From Entomortierella parvispora E1425 (Eukaryota > Fungi > Mortierellomycota), in assembly GCA_020891255.1 (NCBI GenBank), contig BQFW01000015.1, forward strand, positions 1,302,001 to 1,366,000: a stretch of 64,000 nucleotides of DNA, in the 5' to 3' direction. Position numbers and translations under genes: made by a program. Below, one piece after another: positions 9,629 to 22,100 of the stretch. Each line of letters starts with the position of its first letter. Position 1 is the first letter of the stretch. The notes beneath the pieces were generated by a model. It saw only the letters and a program-made list of their open reading frames with translations, was not told the DNA's origin and searched no databases.

Positions 9629-11815
9629 AAGGGTTCGGAGAGGCGGAAACGAGGAAGGGGATGCGACAGCTGGGGGTGCGTAGACAGGGGGAAGAAAGGA
9701 CAAAGAAGAAGAAGAAGAGAAAAAGACGAAAAAGCAGGGCCAAGAGTCTAGTAGAAAAAGGAAATGAAGTGGCAGGTGGAACTCTTCGTCAGCTTGCTTC
9801 ATTTCGGGGCTAAGGCTCATGAGCACCTCCATGGTGCAGCCAACTCTGCTATTCTGCGGCAATTTTTGTATCAAAAAAAGAAGAGGAAAAGAGAAAAACG
9901 TTGAGAGCCTGCATCCGCAATTTGTGGACCATTCACCTCTCTCTCTTGGCTCTGCCCTTGACTGTTGTTGTTTTTTGGGTTGCGCTCTCCGCCTATTGTC
10001 CCCCAGAGGAAAGACGTGTGCGGCTGGACACAAATAAAAGAGGTGTTCGGAGAAGGGCTGGCTGGCCAAGGGCGGAAGAACAAACGTCCAGAGGCAATAG
10101 GCAATAACAGGTCAAGGAGAGCCACAGAGGCTGCATCATGGAATGGACCAAGGTCTCAAATATTGAATCCGAGGAATGGCCCGAGATCAGAAAGGTAGCC
10201 TTGGTCCATTTAGCTGGCCTTCAAAAAAAACCGATCGCGCCTCAGGAACGACAGGGTTATTTGACCGGGACATTACCCCTGTTCCCTTCCCGTCTTTGAC
10301 CAGTTGACCAGTGTCCACACCTCGGCACAGCACTTTGTTGTACTGGGCATGTAATCTCACCGTTATTCCCGAGTGCAGATGGGGTGGTGACCCTTGTAAT
10401 GAGATGGTCAGGGGAAGGAGCACGTCGTTGTTGCTGTTGTTCCAACGAGGGACCTGCATTCCCGTTGCAAAAACAGAAGAGGCTGGCCTAAAAAAAAATA
10501 GGGATGCCGTTGGTTCCTTTCCTTTCCTTTCAAACCACCCAGACCCTTTTTTGATTTCATTTCACCCATTCCCTTCCCTTTGCTCTTTTCCATCTAAAAC
10601 TTTTGTTCGTCCAAACCCTTTGATCTGTCTTTCAAATATCAAGAATAGGGAAACCAGGCCCAAGATGGCAAAGATTGGCACGCAATCATCTTTCGCGCTT
10701 GTCCCTGCTGGGTCCAGCGCCCATCTGAGCCACAGGGTACCAATCGGTGACTTTGGGGTAAAAGAGGGTCACAGGGAGAACTACTGGCTGGAAATAGAGT
10801 CGACTATAAAACCAAAAAAAAAAAAATTGTGAGAAGGTAATCAACGACGAGAGCACTCATGTTCTTCCGTTGTGCCTCCCTCCCTCCCTCCCTCCACGCC
10901 AACTGCCACTGCCACACCCTCCTCCTGCACCTCAGTCCCAATTTTCCCCCACTTTCTCATCGCCGCGCTCCTTCTGTGAGCATGCTCAAGTCAAGAGAAT
11001 TAAAAAAACTATGGTCTGTCTCTCCAATAGATGCTTGGGGGCTATCCACTGCTCTACATGGGTCCTTTGTCTTGCTCATCTTGCGGGTTTTGCCATCGTT
11101 CAATGTTTGTTCCCGTTGAACTTTTTTTTATTGTGCGCCGGTACATGTACGATAGCAGGTGCAACACTCACAAAAAAACTGTAATCATCCCAAAAAAAAG
11201 AAAAAAAAAACATTCCTTTCTACTTCTTGTGCGTTGTGAGGCCACGCACAATTTCATGAGTTTGTCATCGCCCAGTAAAAGAAAGCTGCACCGAACAAAA
11301 AAGAGGGGGGGACCCAGCACGCCAGGCAGAAATTGCTCTCAAACTCGGGTCGAGGCCCATTCCTTTCATGTTCCCAACAGCACGAGGGGGAAGAACCCTA
11401 GTCTGAGGCAAAGGGTGAGAGCGCTGCCTGTCTCAGGTGTTGTTCCCCACTTTGTTCATTTGTTCATATGTCCATGCTCATCATGACCACCGTGGGGTCC
11501 CTGTGTGGTACCTAGGGCAAGGGGGGACCTCGCCACAACCATGAGATCAGAATGTGCAAAGGCCCATGAGATATTCTCCGTTGAGAAGGCGCTATGATTT
11601 ACCCTTCTCTTGTTTATTCATAACATGGTTTCTCTTGTTTTCTTTCTTCATAGAGTGATAGAGAACTGAAATGGTAAAAATAAAAAAAAGGCATCTTCTC
11701 TACGGAAGTCAAGAGATAATGGTGACGGTCTTCCAAAGTACTTTTTTTTTGGTTCTTTGGACTTTGGTTACGCCTTTTTCTGTATGTACAAAAATATATC
11801 GAGAGTAATAGACCG

Positions 11816-14143
11816 TTACTCCTCCTTATCGGCCTCCTTTTTGGACTCCTCCTCTGGCTCAGCCACCAGTTCCCTCTTGTCAACCAAGGTCGCCGTCACC
11901 TCCTCGGGCTCGGTCGTCGCTGGGGTGACAGTCTTCAAGGCTGGGTGCTCACCGGCCTTACCGACCAAAGAGACGGCAGGGTCATGACTGTACACACGGA
12001 GACCCAACATGATCTGCCAGTTCTCTTCATCCAACTCCTTGGGCAATTCTGCAGTCTCATAGTCCTCATCATCGACGCCCAAGAGCTTGCGGCCCGTCAC
12101 TCTCGCCATGGACATGGATCGGATCAGGCTCGCCTTGCGCTGCTGGAACATGAAGGAACTCTTGTCCATCTTGACAGCTTCTACCACGACCTGGACATCG
12201 CTTGGACGCGTCGAGGGACTGATGGCATTGTCCTCATCCTCACCACTGTCATTATCGGGCAGGATATCGGTCGGCTCTCTTTGAACATGAGGCACCACCG
12301 TGTAAGATCCCGCCTGAAGCTTCAATTCGCAATTGACCGATCGTTTCGAGTAAGGAACCGTGATCTTGGCGCGCTTGATCAGCTTCTTGGTCTTGTCCTC
12401 ATAGATATGGAACGAGAGGGTATAAAGGAAATCGGCATTGAAGGCTCCGTAGTACCGGGTATCAGGTTGGGACAGCACCACGACTGTCTCGGTGGCTTGA
12501 GTCAATTTGAAATGGAACAGACCACTGGACCGAGGCTCAACGTTGAAAGGGATCCAGCTCGAGGCGACAGACCAGGACGAATCAAAAACGCGGCAACGAT
12601 CAATGGTGGTAAAGATACGAAGCCATTCCCTGTAAGGCATCCAGAACTGTCCGTCGTTCTTGTCCTCCTGCTTGAGCGCCTTAATGGCCTCGGGCGTCCA
12701 TTTCTCTGACTGGTCAGACCAGTCTCCATTCCATTCAATTTCGCCCCAAGGGTTACGGACCTGAATTGACGGAACGAGGAAAGACGGAGGAGGTGGGGTT
12801 AGTCACAATGATTTGCACAAGAGAACTAAGCAACACGTTTCCGCCTCCTTCATGCACAGCCGTGTGTGTGCTTTAACTTACATGAACGAGGCGCTCGCCC
12901 TCCCATTCGGCTGTGTTGAGGACACTGTAGGCATGTCCACTTTGGATACCATGCTTCTCTGCCTCCGTCTCCTGAAAGTTGATAGAACACCCCATCAGAG
13001 TCGACTTGTTGACCTGTGTCATTTCTTCCTTCCAGAACCGGTCCTTGTCCAAGATATCGCTCGAGAACATCATCGAGGCAATGCCTCCTGTAAGATCCTC
13101 GATACCCTCGGCCGTATAACCGCCTGTCAGAGTCTCGTAATCCCCTGCATCACCGTATTCCCGCACATAAAAAGGAAAAGTACAGAAAAAAAAAGAAAAA
13201 AAAGGAATAAGTCAACCCGTTCTTCCCTGATCGCTTTTTCCCCATTTTTTCCGATTCCCGTTCTTGTTTTTCTGTGGCCGTCCGACTTACCGTGAATCTT
13301 GGCGTAGGCCTTCTCCATCAACGGCAACCAAGTCTCCCGTTCCTCATTACAAGAGCTGAAATAAAGCGAGCGACGGAAGGATTGGGCGTCAATCTTGTAA
13401 AAAAGCTGGTCGTCCACCACAGTCGAGACCCAGTCGCCGTCCTTGAAAAAGATGAATCCATAGACGCCCACTTCCTCGTTCTTCTTGACACAGAGTTGTT
13501 CCAACAAGCCTGGAATGTTGGAGATCACAGCCAAAGACGCCACGAACCAGCAATCGCCCACGGAACCCTAAAAATAACGAACAAGCGACAGTGGTGCCAT
13601 TTTGTTTGTTGTTTTTTTAGTTTGTGGTTCTCCCATTTCCAACATCGTTGAAAGTGAACAGCCCCATCGTTTTCCCTGTCCTCCAAAAGTCCAGCGCAGC
13701 CGTTTCTTCTTCCCCCCCCCCCCCCCTCCCTCCCTCTCTCTCTCTCTCTCCACAGCTTCCTTCTTTTTCCTTACCTGTTTGATATCATCAGGACTGGCGC
13801 CGTTCAAGAAAAAGACGGGGTTCCGGAACAAGTCCGGCAAGCGTTTGGTCCCTGCGATATCGTTGTAAACGGTTTCCGAGATCAAGGACGAATAGAGACA
13901 GTTGCGTCGATCGTTCAAGAGGTCAAACTTTGAATCCCGAAACTTGCAATTGTTCTCTAAACATTCTGCCACGATTGCATCCACTTTGGCCTCACATTCC
14001 TCGCGGGCCGCCATCATGGCCGCGGTGGCGATCAAGGTCACGGAGGGCAGCTGGAGCGTCTTGTTGTGCTTGGCCTGCACGGCCGCAATATGCGTCAAGG
14101 CCTCCTTGGAGATCTTTTTGGTCGTCTTTGCCTTCTTCGCCAT
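11816..14143 (-). CDS. Calpain-like cysteine protease (CysPc plus domain III); exons 14143-13775, 13567-13291, 13144-12882, 12760-11816
   Basis: Splicing yields QGSVGDCW (Cys), GHAYSV (His) and VRNPWG (Asn), plus EKAYAKIHGDYETLTGG; all three introns are GT-AG and in frame. Confidence 0.92.
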
Positions 14144-14156
14144 GGTGTGTGTGAGG

Positions 14157-14176
14157 GTGTGTGTGTGTGTGTGTGT
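14157..14176. repeat. (GT)n microsatellite in calpain 5' leader
   Basis: About 10 GT units directly upstream of the start codon. Confidence 0.85.
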
Positions 14177-15154
14177 TTTTTTTTTTTTTTGGTCTGTTTC
14201 TCCTGCCTGTGGTAACGTTACTGGCTCGCTTGCCTGATGGTGATGTTGGGGTTGTCTCTGGTATCTCCCGTTTGTCAAAAAAAGTCGAGTCGGGTTTCCT
14301 AATGGTTTTCTTGAAGACGGAAAGGCGCCTGCGGGTCGTGGGATTTTTTTTGGTATGCTGAAAAAGAAAAAGAAAAAGAAAAGAAAAAAAGAAAGAAAGA
14401 AAAAATCATAGCTTCTTTTTGATCGTTTTTTTTTTTTTTGAGAGCACTCCATGTATTCTGTTACCGGGGCACATGGTCCGCCTGTCGACCCACACACGGC
14501 GCCGTGTGTGGTCTTTCTGCCAAAGTGTGTGCATGTTGCAAAGTACACCCTTCATCTCTTTTGCCACCACAAAACAAAAAAAAAATTGTCCATCTGACAA
14601 TAGGAATGAGGACCAAAAAGAAGGAAATGGAAAATCGAATGGGCCAGTGCGTGCCCACTTTTTCTTCCTCAGCCCAAAAGGTTGTTTTTCTTCTTGTGTG
14701 TCACCAGGCGAAATCGGGGAAAAGGTTGTCGCTCTTTTGTTCATGCAAGGCGAGGCTTGTGGGCGTTCAGAGATCTTTGGCGAAGCGTGCGACATGGAGC
14801 AATATCTGTGGCAATGTTTGTTGCGCCCTTTTGTCGCAAGAGATTTGGTCCATGTGCTGGCGACGGCGTGGCAGTGTTGTGCTTCGTTACCTGCACTAGT
14901 TTCTTTTAAACGCCCAATTGATAACAAAAAAGAAAAATCCAGTGGACCATTGCCGCGCCTCCACCCCGGTCCAGGGCCTGGTCGAGTAGGTTGCTCCGCC
15001 AAAGGAAAAGATGGTCTGCGATGACCAGAAAGACCGAAAAGGGAATAAAACACGATTAAGAGGGTTATATTTTCTACGTAGATGTACAAGGTGGGACGAG
15101 ATGGTCTACAATAACAAAAAAAATAGAGGAAAGAAAAACAGTGTTCTAGCTATA

Positions 15155-18100
15155 TTACATGCTGCCAAAGATCGAGTCCACACTAGTGGCCTCGCCCGAA
15201 AAGAGTTGCTGACGATGATGTTGGCCTGAAAAACCAAGTCCAATGGGATCCTGCGGGAGATCAGGACGAACGCCATCCACAAATCGTTCAGTCTCCTCAT
15301 CGTCTCCCAAGCTGGACTGAAGTCTTTGCTCATCATCCTGGCGCTTCAACGTCTCCAGAATACTCTCGCCTTCAAAGGTGAATCCCTTAAAGTACTCTTG
15401 CTGACGTTGTTGTTGCTGATGTTGTGGGCTGCGTTGGTCCTGTGGATGCCTCAGTGGCGAAGACGAGGATCCAACCGTAGCCTTGGTCTTGCAGTTGTTT
15501 CTCAACACGCCATTCCGGTTCACGAGCGGGCTGCTGGGTTCGCTAGGCGAAAAGATGGACTCATTGCTCGGTGTGCGATAGCTGCTCCAACTGTTGCTAC
15601 TCCTGCGACCTCTCATCAGCACAATGGGATTCAAGGTGCTGTTGTCGGCCCTCATCTGCTGCTGGCGGTAGAGATTTGCAGCCCTTTGTTGTTGCTGAAG
15701 CAGAAAACTGCCTGCTTCACCATCTATCACCACGGTCGTTGAGCCATTGGAGGGCGAGCCTCTGTTACGGTGGTGTCCAGCCTTATCGTAGCCGTGATCG
15801 CCTTCACCGTTCTTTGTCTTTTGATCGGTAAAGTGAGCATCAAAGTTGGAAACGTCCAGATCACCCATGACACCGACATGAGGCTGGAAAGGTGGGGTCA
15901 CATCGCGAGTGGCCAGATTCTCAAAGTTGATGCCGCGGAAGAACGGGTGCCCCTTGATCTCTGCTAAGGCATTGGGTCCTGAGCCAAGTCGCGTCTTTGG
16001 GTTCTTGTCCAAGAATCTCTGAATAATATCCTGGGCATTGCGACTGATTCCAGTTCCGCTAGTGAACTCTGCTTCGGCTGAAGATGCTCCGTGATGTGTC
16101 GGGGGCGGTGGTGCGTGGTGATGGCGACCATTTTTCACAGAGTGAACGGGGCGAGAGGGGAAGATGACGGGCTGGTGCAAAATCTTGTGGTAGGTACCTT
16201 CCGTTCGACTATCTTCGAATGGAGACGCGCCTACCAACATCTCATAAAGCAAGACGCCCAAAGACCACCAGTCAACAGCCTTTCCATAGCCCTTGCCCTT
16301 GACAATCTCTGGTGCCAGATATTCTGTCGTGCCGCAAAATGTGTGCGTCCTCTCGTCCTCGGTCACATTTTGTTTGCAGAGACCAAAGTCCACCAAGACA
16401 ATATGCCCCTGACTGGACAGAAGCACATTCTCAGGCTTCAGGTCGCGATAAACAACATGGCGAGAATGCAAATGCTCCAGTGCCAACACCAGTTCGGCAG
16501 CGTAGAATCTGGCACGGGCCTCGGAGAAGGTACCTTCATTCTGCATATGAAAGAAGAGTTCGCCGCCGTTCATAAAGTCCTGGACAAGGTAAAGCTTTGT
16601 GGGAGTTTGAAACGAAAACTTGAGTCCGACAATGAAGGGCGACTGAAGGGCTTGCACGAGCACATTTCTCTCGGCGATGGTGTGTTCCACTTGCTTTTGC
16701 TCAATGACCTGTTTTTTGACAAGGACCTTCATGGCATAGATTCGGCCCGTGTCCTTTTTGCGGACCTGATAGACCTTGCCAAAGGACCCCACCCCGAGGA
16801 CACGCAGGATATCGAAATCTGTAGTAGAAAGGTGGCGCGACTACGAATTTGATGAGTACAGAAAAGAGAGAGAGTTAGATTGGATGCAGCAATAAGGAAA
16901 TTGAGCAGCCCACATGTCCACCCTTGTATGACGAGGAACGTTCTCCCTGCACGAGGAAACACACGCGAGTATTAAAATCAAGGCCGCGCTTTGTTCCACG
17001 ACATGAAAAAAAGGGGGAAGAGGTAGGACACGCGTAGCACCCCAGCATTTTCATTTTGTCATGTCTTTCCCCACTCGACCCTATTTGGATAGTGTGGTCA
17101 CTGTACCTCAATGGCCTGGTACTTGATGGTCACTCTAATCTCCCCAGTGACCTCATGTTCATCGACTTCACGGCCCTGAAGTCGGAACCAGGAGTCAATC
17201 ATGCGATTGTGAATCTCGGAGGGCTTGAGCTTGACTTGACCTAGGAACCTCCTGGCTGGCTCTTGGTGGCCTTCTGCTGCACCAGAATCGTAGACTGTAA
17301 TGCTTATCTGCTGATTAGGACGCACTACATCACTATAGAGCGACAGGGGGGGAGAGAAGATGGGTGAGTGGACAATCCCCGACATGTTGGGCTAGTCGAT
17401 TTGAAATCAGATAAAGAATAAAAAACAAATAAACGCGTCCTTCCCCCAACAACACACGCTCCTCCTCTCCTCCTGGTACATCCTGATCTTTTCCCCTTTT
17501 CACAGCCGTAGGAGAAAACAATGGAAAAAGGGCGTAAAAAACACCCACAGAGGAAAAAGTATCCAGGACATAGTCAACGCGCGTTCTCTCTTTCGATCGA
17601 AACAAAAAAAAGGGGACCTACAATTCTGCGTCGTGGCGCCATTTTGGACTACTGGCAGCCATGGCCCGCGCAAAGATGTCATTGCCCCCTCTCCGTCCCA
17701 TGGTGTCGGTCTCTGGAAGAGCAGAGGGGGTCATCAGTTCGTTCTGATCGTACTCGACCAAGCAGTAGGGCCGCGACAGTGCCGGTGGATTCACCAGGTT
17801 GAGGTTCCGTGCCTCGACAATCTGGAGGAACAGGTGTCCTACGGGCGATTTGGTCGAAGGAGCAGGTGCAGTCGCTGCGGCAGGTTCAATGATGTCTGTT
17901 TGGTCTGGAATGTTGGATAGATCAACGGTCGTCGTGCTTTGCTTTTTGATAAGGAGATTGGATGGATGCGTTGGAATGGACACGGGCACAGACGGTTTAT
18001 ACTGGATGGGCGATAGCGGGGCTGCTGTGGCTGATAACGCGGTCGTGGTCGTCGATGGCGAGACTGGCTGCTGTTGCTGCATCTGTTGAAGGGGTGGTTT

Positions 18101-18598
18101 CTCTGCTGTCACCACACCACCCCTTGTGCTCTCGGAGCTTTCACGAGAGGGCCTGCCAGCAAGCGAAAGTCTCGACCGTATCGTCGACGTTGCTCCTGAA
18201 GCAATTGATGACGATGAAGGGGTTGAAGTCAGTGTGGAAGATGAAGACGAGCCGCCGTAGGAGGGGACATGGAAGGTATGCTGCAGGGATTTGAGAGAAA
18301 ACGACGTGTGCTTGTGGAGTTGCTGTTTGAGTCTGTTCAGATCCGGGAGGTGAAAGTCAGGGAGCTGCATGGCTGGCAACTGGTCCATCATGCTTTGCGA
18401 AGGGTTGCTAGTGCTCGGAGGCGGAGGAAGCCGAGAGGAGTTTGAAGAAGAAGGACGGTGTGGGGTAGTTGTTGTTGATTTGGACGAGTTCTTTTTGGCA
18501 GCCAGATCGCTGGCAAAGACGGGCCGAGGAAAGAACGAGGGTGAAGAGGACGAGGAGGACGAGGCCGAGGAAGAGCCAAACATCCTATGGGAGCTCAT
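15155..18598 (-). CDS. SCH9: Sch9/Sck1-like AGC Ser/Thr kinase with C2 domain; exons 18598-17622, 17332-17107, 16840-15155
   Basis: C2 domain (LFLQIVEARNL..PYCLVEYD). Kinase motifs LGVGSFGKV, YRDLKPEN, DFGLCK, TFCGTTEYLAPE (Sch9-type). Hydrophobic motif FKGFTF. No PH domain seen. Confidence 0.85.
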
Positions 18599-19176
18599 GG
18601 TTCCTGTTCACCCGCAGGGAAGGATGCTGAACGAGGAAGGAGTCGGCGACTGTTTTGCCAAAGCGGGAGAGAAGTCAAGATAAGGAATTGAACAGCTGAA
18701 CAAGGCGTTTTGTGTCCTGTGGGTCGGGTGCAAGCAAGAAGGGGCAGGGGCAGGGGCAGGGGCAGAGACGGGGAGACAAGGGAGAGCAGAGAGCAGAGGG
18801 CAGACAGAGATGAAGGAGCGAGCGAGGGTCAAGAAGGGGCGGATGCGGATGAATGAGCGAGCATGGGATGAAGACAAGGAAGGGCCATGGTCAAGTCAAG
18901 CGAATCCCCTTTGGCAGCAAAAGAAAGGTTTTCTGCGGCCCCCTGTAAAGGTAAACACGGCGGGCTGGCTTGCATGGCTGCGGCACCGCCCTCTGCAGAG
19001 TGAACAAGTGGCCAACCCCAACAGATTCCGTCGCAGTCACAAACAAAGTTGGTGGCGTTTCCTGTTCTTTGTGTGTCCGTGTTCGTTCTTTTGTTCTTTT
19101 GTTCTTTTGTTCTCTTGCTCATGGTCATTCCCTTTGCTCATTCCGCTTCTGGACTACCGTCCGCACGGTGTCGACA

Positions 19177-22100
19177 ATGGAACCCGACAAAGAGGAGAAT
19201 CCCTACGATGCCATCGAGTATGGCGACTTTTCGTCCTACTTCCGGCACAAGCGACAAAAGCTGCTTTTGCAACAGGACGAAATGTATGTCCTGCCCTCTT
19301 GTGCCACGAACAAACGCGACGGCCACTTCATCATGCTAACATCAGCCTTTTTTCACCCATCAGTGCTGCTATGGCACCGTCCGATCTATCTCCAATATTC
19401 GAAGGCGTCATTGTCTATGTGAACGGCTACACAGATCCTCCCATCCATGGCAAGTTCGTGCTATTAGGGGTGAAGCTTTTCTGGAGTTTTCACCAATGGA
19501 ATGTTCTTGATCCTAACACAGCTCTACCTCATTTACTCATATACAGACATCCGCAACATGATCGTCCAACGAGGCAAGTGTATTGGGCACCCCGAAAGTT
19601 TTGTCCGCCGCCTCTCCGTGGATACTCTCTAACCGTTTTGACATCTATGAAATATGGAATTACAACAAAATTAGGCGGCGAGTTCACACAATACCGTATG
19701 TGCCTCTTGAGATGCGCTCTCTTAACCCCATCTCTTGCGCATAAGAGCTGGGAAATATCTGACTAATGTTTTCGTTCGACGTTGTAATAGTTCAAAAAAG
19801 CAAAGTCACCCACATCATCGCTTCAAACCTCACTCAAGCAAAAATGAAGGAATTTCGGTATGTGCTGGAGAGCTTCGTGAATTCTACACTCGAAATAGTT
19901 GGATTTGCCCATGTTTAAATTTCTTCTATATCTCTCTAGAAACTACAAAGTCGCCAAACCCGAATGGGTCGTGGAGAGCGTAAAGGCGAATCGACTACTT
20001 TCTTGGCACAACTTTAGCACTCTCAGGACTCCAATGTCTCTTACAAAGTTTGGAGTCAGTCTGGCAGAGACATCTTCACCCTCTCCGTCGTCCATACCTA
20101 CTCCAACAGAGGCCACAACAACGATCAGAGAACACAGCACTGAGCCACCTAGAGCTGGAGCCGAGATGGACCTCGACAAAGATGACCCTTCTGGAGACCC
20201 AGCCGATGAGGAGCTCAACAACCAGGATGAAGAAAGTCAGAGTTGGGAAGGATATGGCCTTGGTGAAGATTTGTTTTTAGATGACGATGCGCTAATGGAC
20301 GACCACCATGACCCCATGGCTTCGAACGAGGATATGCCTACAGCTTCAGAGGAAAGGTTAACCATCACGACGGCCGTCCAGCCACCAAAGACGACTGCTC
20401 CTCAACCTCTAGTTGCAACAGGATACAAAGTTATACCACCACCCTTCAATCCCTACGCCAGAACGTCTATTGTACCTCCGACAGGTACCAGCAATGGAGA
20501 CGACAGTGTTCCCGTCCCTGCGTCAGGATTGCCAGAGCAAGACAACAGTGGCGGGGTCGACACGCGTCATCCAACTTTGATCGAGTTGTCGGTTCCATGG
20601 AACAGACTCAACTCTTCTATTCAGCCTGGATTTGTCGAAAAGTTTTACCAGTCTTCCCGTCTGCATTACCTCTCAACTTGGAAAGCCAAACTACGCGAGA
20701 TCACGGCTGATATTCAAAAGGACCGGACCCCTGCTCCCTCAAAATTTAAAAATCGGACCATTATGTAAGTTTATCAAAGAGATCATGTTGTCATCTTGAG
20801 AGCTATTTCTGTTCCTAATCGTACATGTATTTTCTTTTCGTCGTCTTGTATAAAGGCACGTTGACTTTGATTGTTTCTTTGCATCGGTCGCAACGAGAGG
20901 AAAGCCGGAACTGTTGAACAAACCCATTGGTGTTGCTCATGGATCCGGGGGCTCCACCTCCAATAGTGAAATTGCCTCCTGCAATTACCTCGCCCGAGAT
21001 TTTGGGGTCAAGAACGGGATGCAGCTCAAAAGAGCACGATCTCTTTGTCCAGATCTAATTGTGGTGCCATATGAATTTCAGCAGTACGAGGACATCTCGA
21101 TCGAGTTTTACAAGATCCTACTTTCCTACGCTGACGAGCTCCAAGCGGTCTCGGTGGACGAGGCACTCGTGGATGTGACGTCAAAGTGTCTACCCTATTG
21201 GGAGGAAATGCCAATCAGTTGTTCTTCTTCAGCTTCCGGAACTACTCTTACCACACAGGAACAACTCGCTGCGGATGCCTTGGTGAGGCCAGAGTCCTTT
21301 GCTCAAAAAGTCAGAGACGAGATTTTAGCCGCGACTGGATGTCATGCCAGTATTGGAATTGGACCTAATATTCTCTTGGCAAAGTTGGCCACCAAGAGAG
21401 CAAAACCTCATGGACAGTATATTTGGCCGAGCGCACCAGGATCGGACAAGACGCTCTTGGAACTTCAAGGAGGCGCTCAATGGTTGCTCCCGACGACACA
21501 GGAAGATACTAGTATGCGACTCAGTGGAAGCAATGGGTCACCGTCGGCAGATAATTCCCCCCCTACGTCCACCACGTCCCCTGCTACACCTAGAACAGTA
21601 GCTCCCCTCAAGGAATTTAGAGTCAAGGACTTGCCAGGAGTTGGGTACAAAATCGCAGATGATTTAGAAAGTCGTTTGGAGGTAGAATCCCTGAGCCAAC
21701 TCCAAAAGGTCAAGAAGGACGAACTCCAGAGGATCTGCGGTATGAAAACAGGAGAGATGCTCTACAAATTTTGTCGGGGCATCGATGACACGACTTTGGC
21801 GTCGGATCGAGAGAAAGCTCGTCAGAGTGTGAGTGCCGAAATTTCTTGGGGAGTTCGGTTTGAAAATCAGATGCAAGTCAATTCCTTTATTCGAGACTTG
21901 GCCAAGGAAGTGCACAAGCGTCTTCGGGAGATCGACCGCATGGCGAAATCGGTTGTCATCAAGGTAATGTTGATATATTTCTTCCTTTATATAGAGAAGG
22001 CCGAGAGGGATATCCGGCTCACCAAAAGAGTATACTCTTTCATCCATTATATGAATAGATCATGAAGAGAAAAGAGTACGTCAAAGGACAATGGAAGCAC

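Noticed and set aside
9600-11800. 2.2-kb gap with several short ORFs
   Set aside because: The ORFs are low-complexity, overlap on both strands and lack motifs; consistent with the LPMO upstream region plus the calpain 3' region
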